From: Leptolyngbyaceae cyanobacterium
GTDB lineage: Bacteria; Cyanobacteriota; Cyanobacteriia; Phormidesmidales; Phormidesmidaceae
NCBI GenBank assembly: GCA_965263355.1
Contig: CBDHHL010000049.1
Coordinates: forward strand, 128,001 to 192,000
DNA: 64,000 nucleotides
Direction of reading: 5' to 3'
The translations under genes were made by a program, and so were the position numbers. The notes beneath the pieces are model-generated. The model saw only the letters and a program-made list of their open reading frames with translations, was not told where the DNA came from and searched no databases. This document shows positions 52,796-62,098 of the stretch, piece by piece; the stretch's first letter is position 1; each line of letters starts with the position of its first letter.

Positions 52796-54091
52796 ATGAA
52801 ACCTCATATTAAGCTGACCTTAAAACAGGATATTGTTCCCGATCAGATTCCGTATTGGGAGGATGTAGCCTCTGGAAAAGCTACTGCTCCAACTTCTATC
52901 TTGCCTGCGATTGATCAGGTGATTAAACAATATGGTTGTTCTGTAAGAGTTACGAGAGAATATCAGCCTGCTAGTAAAACCTGGGGCCAGGATGAGCGTA
53001 TCAGTGGGTTTAATCGAGTGTATCGCCTGATTTTGAGGCGAAAAACAGCTATTCCACCTGAGATGATACGCGCGATCGCAGCGCTGCCCATAGTCGCAGC
53101 GGTGACACCAAGTAAAGTAGCCACAGCTGTTCTGCCTTCGGTGATGGCACATTCTTTTTCCCTGGAGACCAATCAGCGATCGCGAGATGCGATCTATCTA
53201 CCAGAGGCCCATCACTACAGCCGGGGCAATTCGCAAATCACTGTGGCCGTGCTGGATACAGGGGTTGATCTCGATCATCCTGAGTTAACTGAAGCACTGT
53301 TGCCAGGCCATGACTTCGTCAACATTATTAATGGGGCCAGGAAGTTTGTTGGAGACTATTTAGGCTATGACGCCGACCCTGATGATGAGGTTGGGCATGG
53401 CACCCATGTAGCTGGCATTATTGCGGGTCAGGGATTAGCCATGCCGCTAGGGGTGGTGCCCCGCTGTAAGATTTTGCCCGTGAGAGTTTTGGGGGCGATG
53501 AAGAGAGGGTCTAAACGAGTCGGGGCAGGGTTGTTAGACAACATCAACGTCGGCATTAAATGGGCAATTGATCAGGGCGCGCATGTGATCAACATGAGCC
53601 TGGGCATTAAGCATACTGGGGGGGGACTACCGCATCAAGAGGTAGTGGAGTATGCCCGACGGAAGGGGGTTACGATCGTAGCCGCCTCTGGCAATGATGG
53701 GCAGGAAGAACGCTACTATCCCGGTGCCCTGCCCCATGTAATTACAGTGGGCGCGGTGGATGACATGGGCCAGATGGCAGCTTTTTCCACCTATGGACAG
53801 CAGGTGGATTTGGTCGCCCCCGGTACGGATATTTACAGTGCCTATCGCGGCCAGACCTATGGCTTTTCCACCGGCACATCCCATGCGACTCCCTTTGTGA
53901 CAGGGGCCGTGGCGTTATTAAAGTCCTATGCCTGGACCCATGGGGGAGTTTATTTGTTGGATCAGCAGGTTAAATATCTGCTGCAACAAACCACGGACAA
54001 AGTCGACCACCATTTCAAACACCGCAAAGCTGGGTTTGGTCAACTTAACCTTATTGATGCCTTGCGATTACTGGATTACAAACTGAGGTGA
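52796..54091 (+). CDS. S8 subtilisin-like serine protease, no evident signal peptide
   Basis: VAVLDTG (Asp), GHGTHVAG (His), AASGNDG (oxyanion Asn), TGTSHATPFV (Ser), N-terminal prodomain. Confidence 0.95.
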   Translation: MKPHIKLTLKQDIVPDQIPYWEDVASGKATAPTSILPAIDQVIKQYGCSVRVTREYQPASKTWGQDERISGFNRVYRLILRRKTAIPPEMIRAIAALPIVAAVTPSKVATAVLPSVMAHSFSLETNQRSRDAIYLPEAHHYSRGNSQITVAVLDTGVDLDHPELTEALLPGHDFVNIINGARKFVGDYLGYDADPDDEVGHGTHVAGIIAGQGLAMPLGVVPRCKILPVRVLGAMKRGSKRVGAGLLDNINVGIKWAIDQGAHVINMSLGIKHTGGGLPHQEVVEYARRKGVTIVAASGNDGQEERYYPGALPHVITVGAVDDMGQMAAFSTYGQQVDLVAPGTDIYSAYRGQTYGFSTGTSHATPFVTGAVALLKSYAWTHGGVYLLDQQVKYLLQQTTDKVDHHFKHRKAGFGQLNLIDALRLLDYKLR

Positions 54092-54243
54092 GTCGTGGAT
54101 TTACAGTCGAGATGGATTCAAGCAGAAACAACTAGAGCTAAAGATTTCCTCAAAGGGTTTCTATTGAGGATAAGCATCCGGACTTCAAATCGGCACACCC
54201 GCTGATTGATATGACGAAGTAATATCACACATCGAGGTAAACC

Positions 54244-55740
54244 ATGATGATACAGAAGAGATGGAGTAAAGCAGGATCAAATAGTGATAAAGCACAACAA
54301 GAAGTTGTCCAAGCAATCGCCGTTGATAAATCTGGAAATCTCTATGCAGCAGGTTATCGCACTGCAGCAACTAACAGAAAATATGCCTGGATTGGCCACT
54401 ATGATGTTGATTCAGGAAAATTCACCGAACTCGATGACTTAAAAAGAGAGACTAACGATGCTCAGGTATCAGTCTCAGCCATTGCCCTGGGTAACAATAA
54501 CCGCCTTTACGTAGCAGGGACCACCAAGGTCGTGTTTGGTTCTACGAGTATAGACAAAGGAGCAATCTTTGAGACTGATAAGGGGGAGCCGCTAGATCCT
54601 AAATCTGATAATCTTCTCAGCAATAAGGGCGCTTTAAATCACGTTTGGGTTGCTGAATATGTAGTCACTCAGCAAAGTAATGGCCAATGGAAGGCTGCTC
54701 AAAAGTGGGTGGTTGTGCTTAATCATCATGGTGATCAAGACGTCCATAGTATTGTGACTGATGGTAGTAGCGTTTATTTAACCGGGTCAACCAACACTAA
54801 CTTCTCCACAAGTGTGCCCAGTCCATACCCAACACCCAGTAGCCCCACAACTGCATGGGTGGCAAAAGTTACAGGAGGACAACACACAACTAATTGGATT
54901 GATCAAGTTTATCCAATTGAATCCGATAAAACCAGCAAGAATAGCAGAGGTCTCAACGTTCTTATTAATGGGAGTGGCAACTTAGAGGTCATAGGAGTAA
55001 GAGATAATACCCCTCATCCCACTGCATACTCAATTTGGGTGGCCGAATATAATCTCAATAAATACAATTCTAGCACTAGGGAGGGAAAGTCACTAACATC
55101 ACCTTCTAACATGTCTCTCAGTAAGGCAGTTCACGAAGACGTTACTGATATCACAACAGATGGTCAGCATATTTATGTTGCAGGACACACTGTAGATAGT
55201 CCTGTAGGATTTAGTTCAGCATTTTCACCATTTAAAGTTGGCGGCAAATGGCACTTTGTGGCTGGATTTGATATTAGTACTGGTAGGGAACTTTGGCCTT
55301 TAGAGAATAATCTAATCCTTAAAAACAGTGGCGGAGCTATTCAGAAAACAGCGATCGCTGTCCATGGCCAAAATCTTTATGTGACAGGGGATAACGTTTC
55401 TGCCGCAGCTGCGTGGGTGGCGAATATCGATGCTTTTACAGGGGAGCATTATGGGATTACCGACATATCTTTGTTAAAGCAACCTAATCATGACCAAGAT
55501 GCCTATGCAATTGCTGCCAATGATTTTGGTATTTACATTGCGGGAAGTACAGCCCAAAAATCGAACGGCGTGGTGGCCAGACTGGTAACTCATCTCAATG
55601 TCATCCTGGAGTATATCCGCAAAGCTTCTCGTCCTAGTTCTGTTTCTAGCGGTGTGAGACCCCCATTAGAAACAGAACTAGGAATTCCGACTTCACCTGT
55701 GCGCACAATCCTCAAGCACATCGGTTATCCGATTGCTTAA
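54244..55740 (+). CDS. Beta-propeller repeat protein (SBBP-like)
   Basis: Repeated blades: AIAVDKSGNLYAAG, IALGNNNRLYVAG, IVTDGSSVYLTG, ITTDGQHIYVAG, IAVHGQNLYVTG, IAANDFGIYIAG, often followed by AWV/AWI. Confidence 0.75.
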   Translation: MMIQKRWSKAGSNSDKAQQEVVQAIAVDKSGNLYAAGYRTAATNRKYAWIGHYDVDSGKFTELDDLKRETNDAQVSVSAIALGNNNRLYVAGTTKVVFGSTSIDKGAIFETDKGEPLDPKSDNLLSNKGALNHVWVAEYVVTQQSNGQWKAAQKWVVVLNHHGDQDVHSIVTDGSSVYLTGSTNTNFSTSVPSPYPTPSSPTTAWVAKVTGGQHTTNWIDQVYPIESDKTSKNSRGLNVLINGSGNLEVIGVRDNTPHPTAYSIWVAEYNLNKYNSSTREGKSLTSPSNMSLSKAVHEDVTDITTDGQHIYVAGHTVDSPVGFSSAFSPFKVGGKWHFVAGFDISTGRELWPLENNLILKNSGGAIQKTAIAVHGQNLYVTGDNVSAAAAWVANIDAFTGEHYGITDISLLKQPNHDQDAYAIAANDFGIYIAGSTAQKSNGVVARLVTHLNVILEYIRKASRPSSVSSGVRPPLETELGIPTSPVRTILKHIGYPIA

Positions 55741-55800
55741 TGAGACAAATTAATCCGACGATCTTCAAGGATAAATACTCTATTTAATGGAGAAACAATA

Positions 55801-57570
55801 ATGAATCAAACCAGTTCTGTTGATGCAATCTTACAGGTCAACGCACCTAACATTCCTCTTGATACTTATACTCAAAAGGCTCTAGAAGAATTAGCCGCTA
55901 TGCTGCGATCAGAAGCAAGTCAAGGAAAGGAGCAAATAAAGTCTCAAGGATTAACTAGTAGGGTCTCTCAGGTTACCGCACAGTTAAATGCGACATCTTT
56001 GAAGGGGGTAACCCAACTCCTTCTCTCAAACAAAACTATCTACTCGGCTATGCTTTGTAGGGCCCTCAAAGAGGGGGCGAATGACGAACAGGCTCTGCAA
56101 AACGCTGTTTTACGATACCTTGAAGATGTCAAAAAGGTGCTCTACGCTCGAATGATTGATCTTGTGCGTGCGGACAATCACATTGACATTAAGCAAGACA
56201 CAAACAAGTGGCAGATGCTCGGGGAGTTGGTTCTAGCACAGGGAATTCCCATTGAATCAGGGAAGGTGAAACCTGCTGTGTTAGGTATGTTTAACACGAT
56301 TCATGAGCGGGGACTGCTGGACTATTACCTGGATGAATATATCAAGCGGGGGGAAATCGAGCCAAGTAAGTTCACCCCTGCCATCAAGACCAAGATGCTG
56401 GATCATCTGGTCAAGCTCAATCTGAAGATAAATGACAACCTTAGCGTTGCCCAACAAACAGCCTATGATGAGTATTTTGCCTTAGCTTACAGTGAGGCGA
56501 TTGGCAGTGGTTCAGCAACCAACGATCCCATTGACCAGGTTTATACAACTGGCTTTAAGAATAGCTGGGATTTTACCGTTGATGATCTCACGAAGTACGA
56601 CAAGCAAAATGTTGAACCCGAGAACATTCTGGCTGCCGGAGCCCTGGATTATATTTACTGTGTGGGTGAGGCAATGCGGGTTTTCGATGCAACCGATGCT
56701 CTGGTTTTACGCTGGGCCAGCGGTCTGTTAGATATTCCCGATGGTTCTACAGCCTCGGCCCTTTATCGGTATTACAAACGCCGGGACGATCGCTCCTCAG
56801 CCGAAGAGCGGGCCATGCTCTACAAGCGTGTGCTAAACCGAGGCAACGGCCAGCTGCTGACGCGCATGGTCGCCAATACTGGCTTTACCGATTTGTGGAA
56901 TGAACTTATGCAGGCTGTCATGGCCTACATCCGCAAGTCAGAGCACAAAGTCTATTGGAACTCCTGGCAAGACAACGGTTTGTCCTTGACCCACATCTAC
57001 CGCGTCACCGAAGACTTGCAATATAATCTCACCCTGCATATGACTGGGATGGCCCATCTGCAAGTGACGGAAGACTATCACCATCTTAAAGAAGCCCTCG
57101 ATATTATCAGCAGTCATGATATCCGCAACTACTATGGCGGCAGCAATCGCCAGAGCGTGTGGAACACCATTGCTCGGATTGTGCAGGAAGAGTTCCACGC
57201 TGGTCTCAATACTGAAGTCATCAAAACCATGGCCACTGAAGGCAATAAGGTGTTCCAGTGGTTGGCCAACTTTAATGAAAACACCGTAACAGCCGCTCAG
57301 TTTCAAACCTTTGCCAAAGCTGCCGAAGCCTGGGCGATCGCTCAATCAAGCCTCAGTGGCGGGCGTGTCGCTTATCACCCCCACTACGAATTACCCGGTG
57401 CCTCTCTGCCTGTACCGGCTGGTTACCACTCCAATGGTTATGGCCACCGCCACGGCCATGGATATTTGGGTCATAACGCGCTGCCTGGGGCCGACTTTAA
57501 CGGCAGCCACGGGCTGTCACAGGCGGAGGCTGTTTACGCCGATGCCAGTGATGAGTTTGACCAATGGTAA
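55801..57570 (+). CDS. Hypothetical protein, mostly helical, with His/Gly-rich tail
   Basis: 589-aa ORF with GGAG RBS, in operon orientation. Confidence 0.85.
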   Translation: MNQTSSVDAILQVNAPNIPLDTYTQKALEELAAMLRSEASQGKEQIKSQGLTSRVSQVTAQLNATSLKGVTQLLLSNKTIYSAMLCRALKEGANDEQALQNAVLRYLEDVKKVLYARMIDLVRADNHIDIKQDTNKWQMLGELVLAQGIPIESGKVKPAVLGMFNTIHERGLLDYYLDEYIKRGEIEPSKFTPAIKTKMLDHLVKLNLKINDNLSVAQQTAYDEYFALAYSEAIGSGSATNDPIDQVYTTGFKNSWDFTVDDLTKYDKQNVEPENILAAGALDYIYCVGEAMRVFDATDALVLRWASGLLDIPDGSTASALYRYYKRRDDRSSAEERAMLYKRVLNRGNGQLLTRMVANTGFTDLWNELMQAVMAYIRKSEHKVYWNSWQDNGLSLTHIYRVTEDLQYNLTLHMTGMAHLQVTEDYHHLKEALDIISSHDIRNYYGGSNRQSVWNTIARIVQEEFHAGLNTEVIKTMATEGNKVFQWLANFNENTVTAAQFQTFAKAAEAWAIAQSSLSGGRVAYHPHYELPGASLPVPAGYHSNGYGHRHGHGYLGHNALPGADFNGSHGLSQAEAVYADASDEFDQW

Positions 57571-57639
57571 GTCCCATCCAAACATGTCTGGGCATCGCAT
57601 CCGTGGGCATTGCAACCACAGTACTGAATAGGAATTGAG

Positions 57640-58701
57640 ATGATGACCAACAATGGAAACTTAATGGAACAGGCTAAGCAATTAGCCCGTGAAGAATTTA
57701 GTCGCGATCAAACCTTCCAAAAGCTCGATCGTAGCCAACAGTTTGAACTGTATCGCGATCGCGTAAATGACATCCACAACCAGCTTGCCCAACAACAAAC
57801 TGTGTCGGATGCCATGTCAGCGGACCAACTCGTAAATAAGAAATTTCTCCAAAACCAACGGATTGATCAGGAAGGTGAGCAGGCCGGTAGAGTGCTGCGG
57901 GACGTAAATTTCCCCAAGTTTGTTAAAGATCTGCTCAAAGGGGTGTTTGACGCCAATTTGACAGTGATGAAGGAGCAGATGGAATCCTACGTGGATTTGG
58001 TCGAGAAAATCACCAAGCCAGCCAGCGAGTTTATTAAGACCATTGACGATGTTGCGGCCTACACCTTTATGGCGGAAAGCCAGCCCAATCGTTTCCAGTT
58101 GTTACCGCCAAAGGCTCCCTCAAACCTGCCGGGGGGAACTCCGCCGGGTGTGGGAAGTGTTCCTCAGCTATCCACCAGTAGCGGCACGCAATTGGCGGAT
58201 AAGGACGGTAATCCACTGAGTAAAGACGATATCCGTGGGGAGGTAATGCAGGCCAAACTACAGCTTGCCAATCAGCATCAGCAGTTGTTGGAAGAGATGT
58301 TGCTGATGGGGGTCACCCGTCTAGTCGTAGACCACGGTAAGGTGAAGGCCAGCGTTGATTTCCAAATTAAAGCCCATGAGGCTCTCAATGCAAGCGATAG
58401 TGCCTACGAAAACAAGCAACACTCCCAAACAAAAGGCTTTCATCTTGGTTACTCACCCTTTTTTCGGGGACCCTCTTTTGGTATTAGTCACTCCAAGACC
58501 AACACCCAAATCCAGATTTCAACTGCGGGTGCTACTGGTACCGGAACAACGGACGAAACGACCAAGGTCCATGGCGAAGTGGAAATCAACTTCAAGTCAG
58601 ATTACTTCAAGTTGGATAATTTCCGCGATATCTTAGCCCAGACTAAACCCAAAACGGACCAGAAAGACAAGACCCAACCGGTTGACCAATCGGAGTCTTA
58701 A
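57640..58701 (+). CDS. Hypothetical protein
   Basis: 353-aa ORF with conserved-looking blocks VNFPKFVKDLLKGVFDA, LLMGVTRLVVDHGKV, GEVEINFKSDYF and a Ser/Thr-rich beta segment. Confidence 0.85.
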   Translation: MMTNNGNLMEQAKQLAREEFSRDQTFQKLDRSQQFELYRDRVNDIHNQLAQQQTVSDAMSADQLVNKKFLQNQRIDQEGEQAGRVLRDVNFPKFVKDLLKGVFDANLTVMKEQMESYVDLVEKITKPASEFIKTIDDVAAYTFMAESQPNRFQLLPPKAPSNLPGGTPPGVGSVPQLSTSSGTQLADKDGNPLSKDDIRGEVMQAKLQLANQHQQLLEEMLLMGVTRLVVDHGKVKASVDFQIKAHEALNASDSAYENKQHSQTKGFHLGYSPFFRGPSFGISHSKTNTQIQISTAGATGTGTTDETTKVHGEVEINFKSDYFKLDNFRDILAQTKPKTDQKDKTQPVDQSES

Positions 58702-58737
58702 ACGACATTAAGCAACGGTTAGCGGAGAGTAACCCCG

Positions 58738-59073
58738 ATGGCGCTGGCGATTTTGCACTACGAAGACAGCAATAGTACCCACTGCCGGTTTCGTATCGAC
58801 ATTGGCACAACAAATCGGTTCTATACCTATGCCATTGGCGATCATCGCATGTTGCAACGCCATGGTCTGGTGGTGTTTGCCCAGCCAAAGGTGGTTTCAC
58901 CTCTGTTGTCACTAGCGGCATACCGCCTGGGGCGGGGCGTTTTGACAATTCCCCACCCGCAGTTTGATACCCGTCATTGTTATGTGCAACTGATCAGCTA
59001 TCGAACCGCAGATAAACAGGGGCCAGCCCTGTCCACCATCATTAGGGTCCCGTTGTTCTCCTCCAGTCGATAA
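58738..59073 (+). CDS. Small hypothetical protein
   Basis: 111-aa ORF with GGAG RBS, in operon orientation. Confidence 0.65.
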   Translation: MALAILHYEDSNSTHCRFRIDIGTTNRFYTYAIGDHRMLQRHGLVVFAQPKVVSPLLSLAAYRLGRGVLTIPHPQFDTRHCYVQLISYRTADKQGPALSTIIRVPLFSSSR

Positions 59074-59085
59074 CATGCGGGTCTC

Positions 59086-59127
59086 GGTCTGTTATTCCAA
59101 TCTGTTATCTCAATCTGTTATCTCAAT
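59086..59127. repeat. 13-bp tandem repeat
   Basis: tctgttattccaa tctgttatctcaa tctgttatctcaa. Confidence 0.8.
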
Positions 59128-59190
59128 GGCAACCGCGATCGCAATTGTCATGTCTTTCTCCCATCTGTAATTTTGTTTATCCGTGAAGCA

Positions 59191-60882
59191 ATGACCATGG
59201 ATCACCAACCCACTTACACCATGTCTTTTGCCTACGACGAAATCCGCCCTGACACCTACAGTCTGGGCCAGGGATTCTTAGGCAAGTTATTCAAAGGGGC
59301 TACCAAAGTCATATCCGGGGTTGTCAAAGGCGTATCCCACGCCATCCCTGTGGTCAGCAAGCTTGCCGGGAAGCTATTACCGGCCCTTATGCCTGCGTTA
59401 GAACCCGTTTTGGGTAAAAAAGGGGCCTCCCTGGTGGGGCAACTGGCTGGCATTTTAGGCGGCAGCGGCGGCAAGATAACGGATGTTCTCAAAGACCCTG
59501 CCAAAGTAGCCCAAATCGCTAAGCTTCTAAAGACGACTGGCCTGACGCAAAAACTGGCTCATGCGAAGGGAGAACCAGTGGAGGCCATGGGGCATTCGTA
59601 CGGTTTTTCTCAAGGGTATGGGGCCATGGCCCCCACCTATGGGGAATACGGATACCCCGATGAAGAATACCAACACCCCGAGCGCATCCTAACCCAGCTG
59701 CTGGAACATTCGCTGCACCCAGAAACGTTGCAGGGACTGATGGTCGATACCCTACGTCCTGCCGTTATGCGAGGGATGGTGGTCCATGGCCTTATAGATA
59801 CCTTTAAGCTAATTCCAGGGTTTCCTGATGCGTTGGAGCGGATGGTAACAGAAGAGTCATGGTCCACAGGTCAACCACCCGCGATCGCAGGGCTGGCCTC
59901 CCACTCTCCCGAATACCCCTACCATCGGGTGGAAGCCGTCACCCTGCATTTTACGGATATTGAACCGCTGAGCGTAGGCGGGCGATCGCGGGTGCTTTAC
60001 TACATCGGGGATGACCTGGCGTTTCCCCTGGAACTAGAGACACCTCGCCCCATCCGCCACGGGACACTGCAGATTTTGGTCAAGTGTCCCGAGACGCTAA
60101 AGGTGATGGTGGAGCAAACGTTTCAGCTCCATCACCTCGTGTCAGGTGAGCTAGATACAGTACCTTACCTGAGCCGGTCCCAGCTGCGATCGCTCCAACC
60201 CAATGCCGAGTATCTGATCTGTGCCGTTTTGACCTGGACGGCGCGCTCCAGCCAGAGCGGGCACGAACGACGCTTAGGCACCAGCACCAGTGTGTTAGCG
60301 ACGCTGATGGGCAACTATATTTTTGACCAGCTAGACGGGGTTACTGAGACCTTTGCCCTCAACGATCCCCAGACGCATCGCCCCTACTGGCATAAAGTCT
60401 GGACGGGCGGGATGGCCACCGATGACCAAACCCTGGCCCTAGATTGCAAATACTATTACGTCCTGGAGGCTGAGCCATCTCAGCATGCCCGCATGGAAAC
60501 CCTTATCCGCATGGATGCCCACGGCGGCGATGCCTCCGGTAAATTAAAAACGGGGTTGGTATTGAGTCTCACCCAGCTCAATCAGCTAGCGGCCTGGATG
60601 TTCGAGCAGCCCCCCCTGGACACTGACGAAATCGTCGCCCTGGCCTGTTGTGAATTTTGCGATCGCTTTCACCAATTAGCCCGCACCCAGGTGACTTTTA
60701 CCGGCGACGCTGGCGATCGCGCCACCCTTTGGGTCTATCCCGAATTCGATCAGCAGCGAGTGGTGCTAAAGCAGGTTAGCGATCGTGATGCCAATGGCCG
60801 CGTACAACAACTTGTTGACCACATTATTCAGTTCCCCATACCAACAACCGCTCACTTTGTAGGCACCACTACCGCCGTCTAA
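59191..60882 (+). CDS. Hypothetical protein with amphipathic Gly/Lys-rich N-terminal region
   Basis: Long ORF (track start 59173; ATG at 59191 or 59197). GFLGKLFKGATKVISGVVKG... followed by beta-rich domains. Confidence 0.85.
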   Translation: MTMDHQPTYTMSFAYDEIRPDTYSLGQGFLGKLFKGATKVISGVVKGVSHAIPVVSKLAGKLLPALMPALEPVLGKKGASLVGQLAGILGGSGGKITDVLKDPAKVAQIAKLLKTTGLTQKLAHAKGEPVEAMGHSYGFSQGYGAMAPTYGEYGYPDEEYQHPERILTQLLEHSLHPETLQGLMVDTLRPAVMRGMVVHGLIDTFKLIPGFPDALERMVTEESWSTGQPPAIAGLASHSPEYPYHRVEAVTLHFTDIEPLSVGGRSRVLYYIGDDLAFPLELETPRPIRHGTLQILVKCPETLKVMVEQTFQLHHLVSGELDTVPYLSRSQLRSLQPNAEYLICAVLTWTARSSQSGHERRLGTSTSVLATLMGNYIFDQLDGVTETFALNDPQTHRPYWHKVWTGGMATDDQTLALDCKYYYVLEAEPSQHARMETLIRMDAHGGDASGKLKTGLVLSLTQLNQLAAWMFEQPPLDTDEIVALACCEFCDRFHQLARTQVTFTGDAGDRATLWVYPEFDQQRVVLKQVSDRDANGRVQQLVDHIIQFPIPTTAHFVGTTTAV

Positions 60883-60941
60883 GAGAGGCGCACAAAAATC
60901 TCTCCCCTTCTCCCCAACCGACTCATCCACGGAGCAAACCC

Positions 60942-61223
60942 ATGTCCTCTCCCTCTCCCCCACCCTTGCACTCCCCCTTCTCCCAGGTTGTAGAACAACT
61001 CACCGGCTGGGAAGCCCCCCTCGAAGATTCAACCTGGGGGCATCGTCTCACCGTGGACGCCTTAAAGGTGACTATGCCCATAGAACTGAGCATTGACGTC
61101 GACAATACCGGCGCGGTCACAGTCAACGGGTCGGCCCCCACCCAAACGGTCGAAACCACAATCATGCCAGTGTTTCATCGTGTGCGGATGCGTTTGACGG
61201 TGGACGAGGAAGCGACGCCATGA
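60942..61223 (+). CDS. Small hypothetical protein
   Basis: 93-aa ORF with GGAG RBS and ATGA overlap with the next gene. Confidence 0.8.
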   Translation: MSSPSPPPLHSPFSQVVEQLTGWEAPLEDSTWGHRLTVDALKVTMPIELSIDVDNTGAVTVNGSAPTQTVETTIMPVFHRVRMRLTVDEEATP

Positions 61224-61963
61224 ACACCACCAACCAGCCCTGGAACCTCAATTCCTTTATCGACGCGCTGATCTACGAACTCGATCGCGCCCACGATACT
61301 TTGTCAGTAAAAGGCACCAACCGCAAGCTCACCTATATGGTCAAAGACTTAGATCTGGACTTGCAGTTATTTCCCGAATTTGATGGAGATGCGGTTTACT
61401 TTACCACCGCTCAACCAGGTGACATCGGAGCCTCTAAAATCAGTGTGAAATTAGGGTCTATTCGCGACCATCAAATCCAGGAAATTGCCAAAAAACCTGT
61501 TAGCCATGCCGACATTGCCCTGGAAGAAACCCAACTACCGCTAGCCACGCGCAAAATCTTAAAGAAGCTAGGCATTCACTCCGCCGAAGACCTGCGCCAC
61601 ACCATCGAAGATCGCGGTATCGACCTAAACATTGCTACCGACGGCCAGGTCGATTACCAGCAGCTTACCGACATTCTCCACCAGGCCCACCGCCAGCACT
61701 ATCCACCGACCGTCGCCAGCGCCAAATTTGACCAGGTCGACGGCCAGCCCGTCCTCACCCTACAGGGCAAAAATCTCGCTGTCACCCAATCCACCAATGG
61801 CTTTCCCGCCGCCCTGCTCGATGGCCACCCCATCCCGATGTTGACTGCCAGGGAAGATGAGATTCAGTTTCAGCTTGACCCGCAACAACTGCACAATCGC
61901 CCCGGACAGTTAAAAGTAGCACTGGACCCGTATGCGGTGGTGGCGATGAAATTGGCGGTTTGA
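61220..61963 (+). CDS. Hypothetical protein (helix + beta N-domain, HhH-like middle, Ig/IPT-like C-domain)
   Basis: 247-aa ORF, translationally coupled. LKKLGIHSAEDL resembles HhH; PTVASA...LTLQGKNL resembles IPT/TIG. Confidence 0.8.
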   Translation: MNTTNQPWNLNSFIDALIYELDRAHDTLSVKGTNRKLTYMVKDLDLDLQLFPEFDGDAVYFTTAQPGDIGASKISVKLGSIRDHQIQEIAKKPVSHADIALEETQLPLATRKILKKLGIHSAEDLRHTIEDRGIDLNIATDGQVDYQQLTDILHQAHRQHYPPTVASAKFDQVDGQPVLTLQGKNLAVTQSTNGFPAALLDGHPIPMLTAREDEIQFQLDPQQLHNRPGQLKVALDPYAVVAMKLAV

Positions 61964-61967
61964 TAGA

Positions 61968-62077
61968 AGTAACGAGTTGCGAGTAACAAGTTGCAAGTAA
62001 TAACAACTAAGCATCAGCGACTAAGAACCAACAACTAAATAAACGTTTTTCACTTTTTACTTTTCACTTTTCACTTT
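61968..62077. repeat. Heptamer STRR-like intergenic repeats
   Basis: agtaacg-agttgcg-agtaaca-agttgca, (ca)actaa units and (ttttcac)n. Related units in the opposite sense at ~63316-63350. Confidence 0.7.
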
Positions 62078-62098
62078 CCCCCTCCCTTTTTCTCTCCC

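Noticed and set aside
52796..54091. Canonical cyanobactin cluster (patA/patG)
   Set aside because: The protease has no PatA/PatG C-terminal extension, and no patB/C/D/F or LAELSEE-type leader is visible in the window.
12125..60720. Recurrent GCGATCGC palindrome as a locus-specific signal
   Set aside because: This is the genome-wide cyanobacterial HIP1 octamer, useful only as a taxonomic clue.
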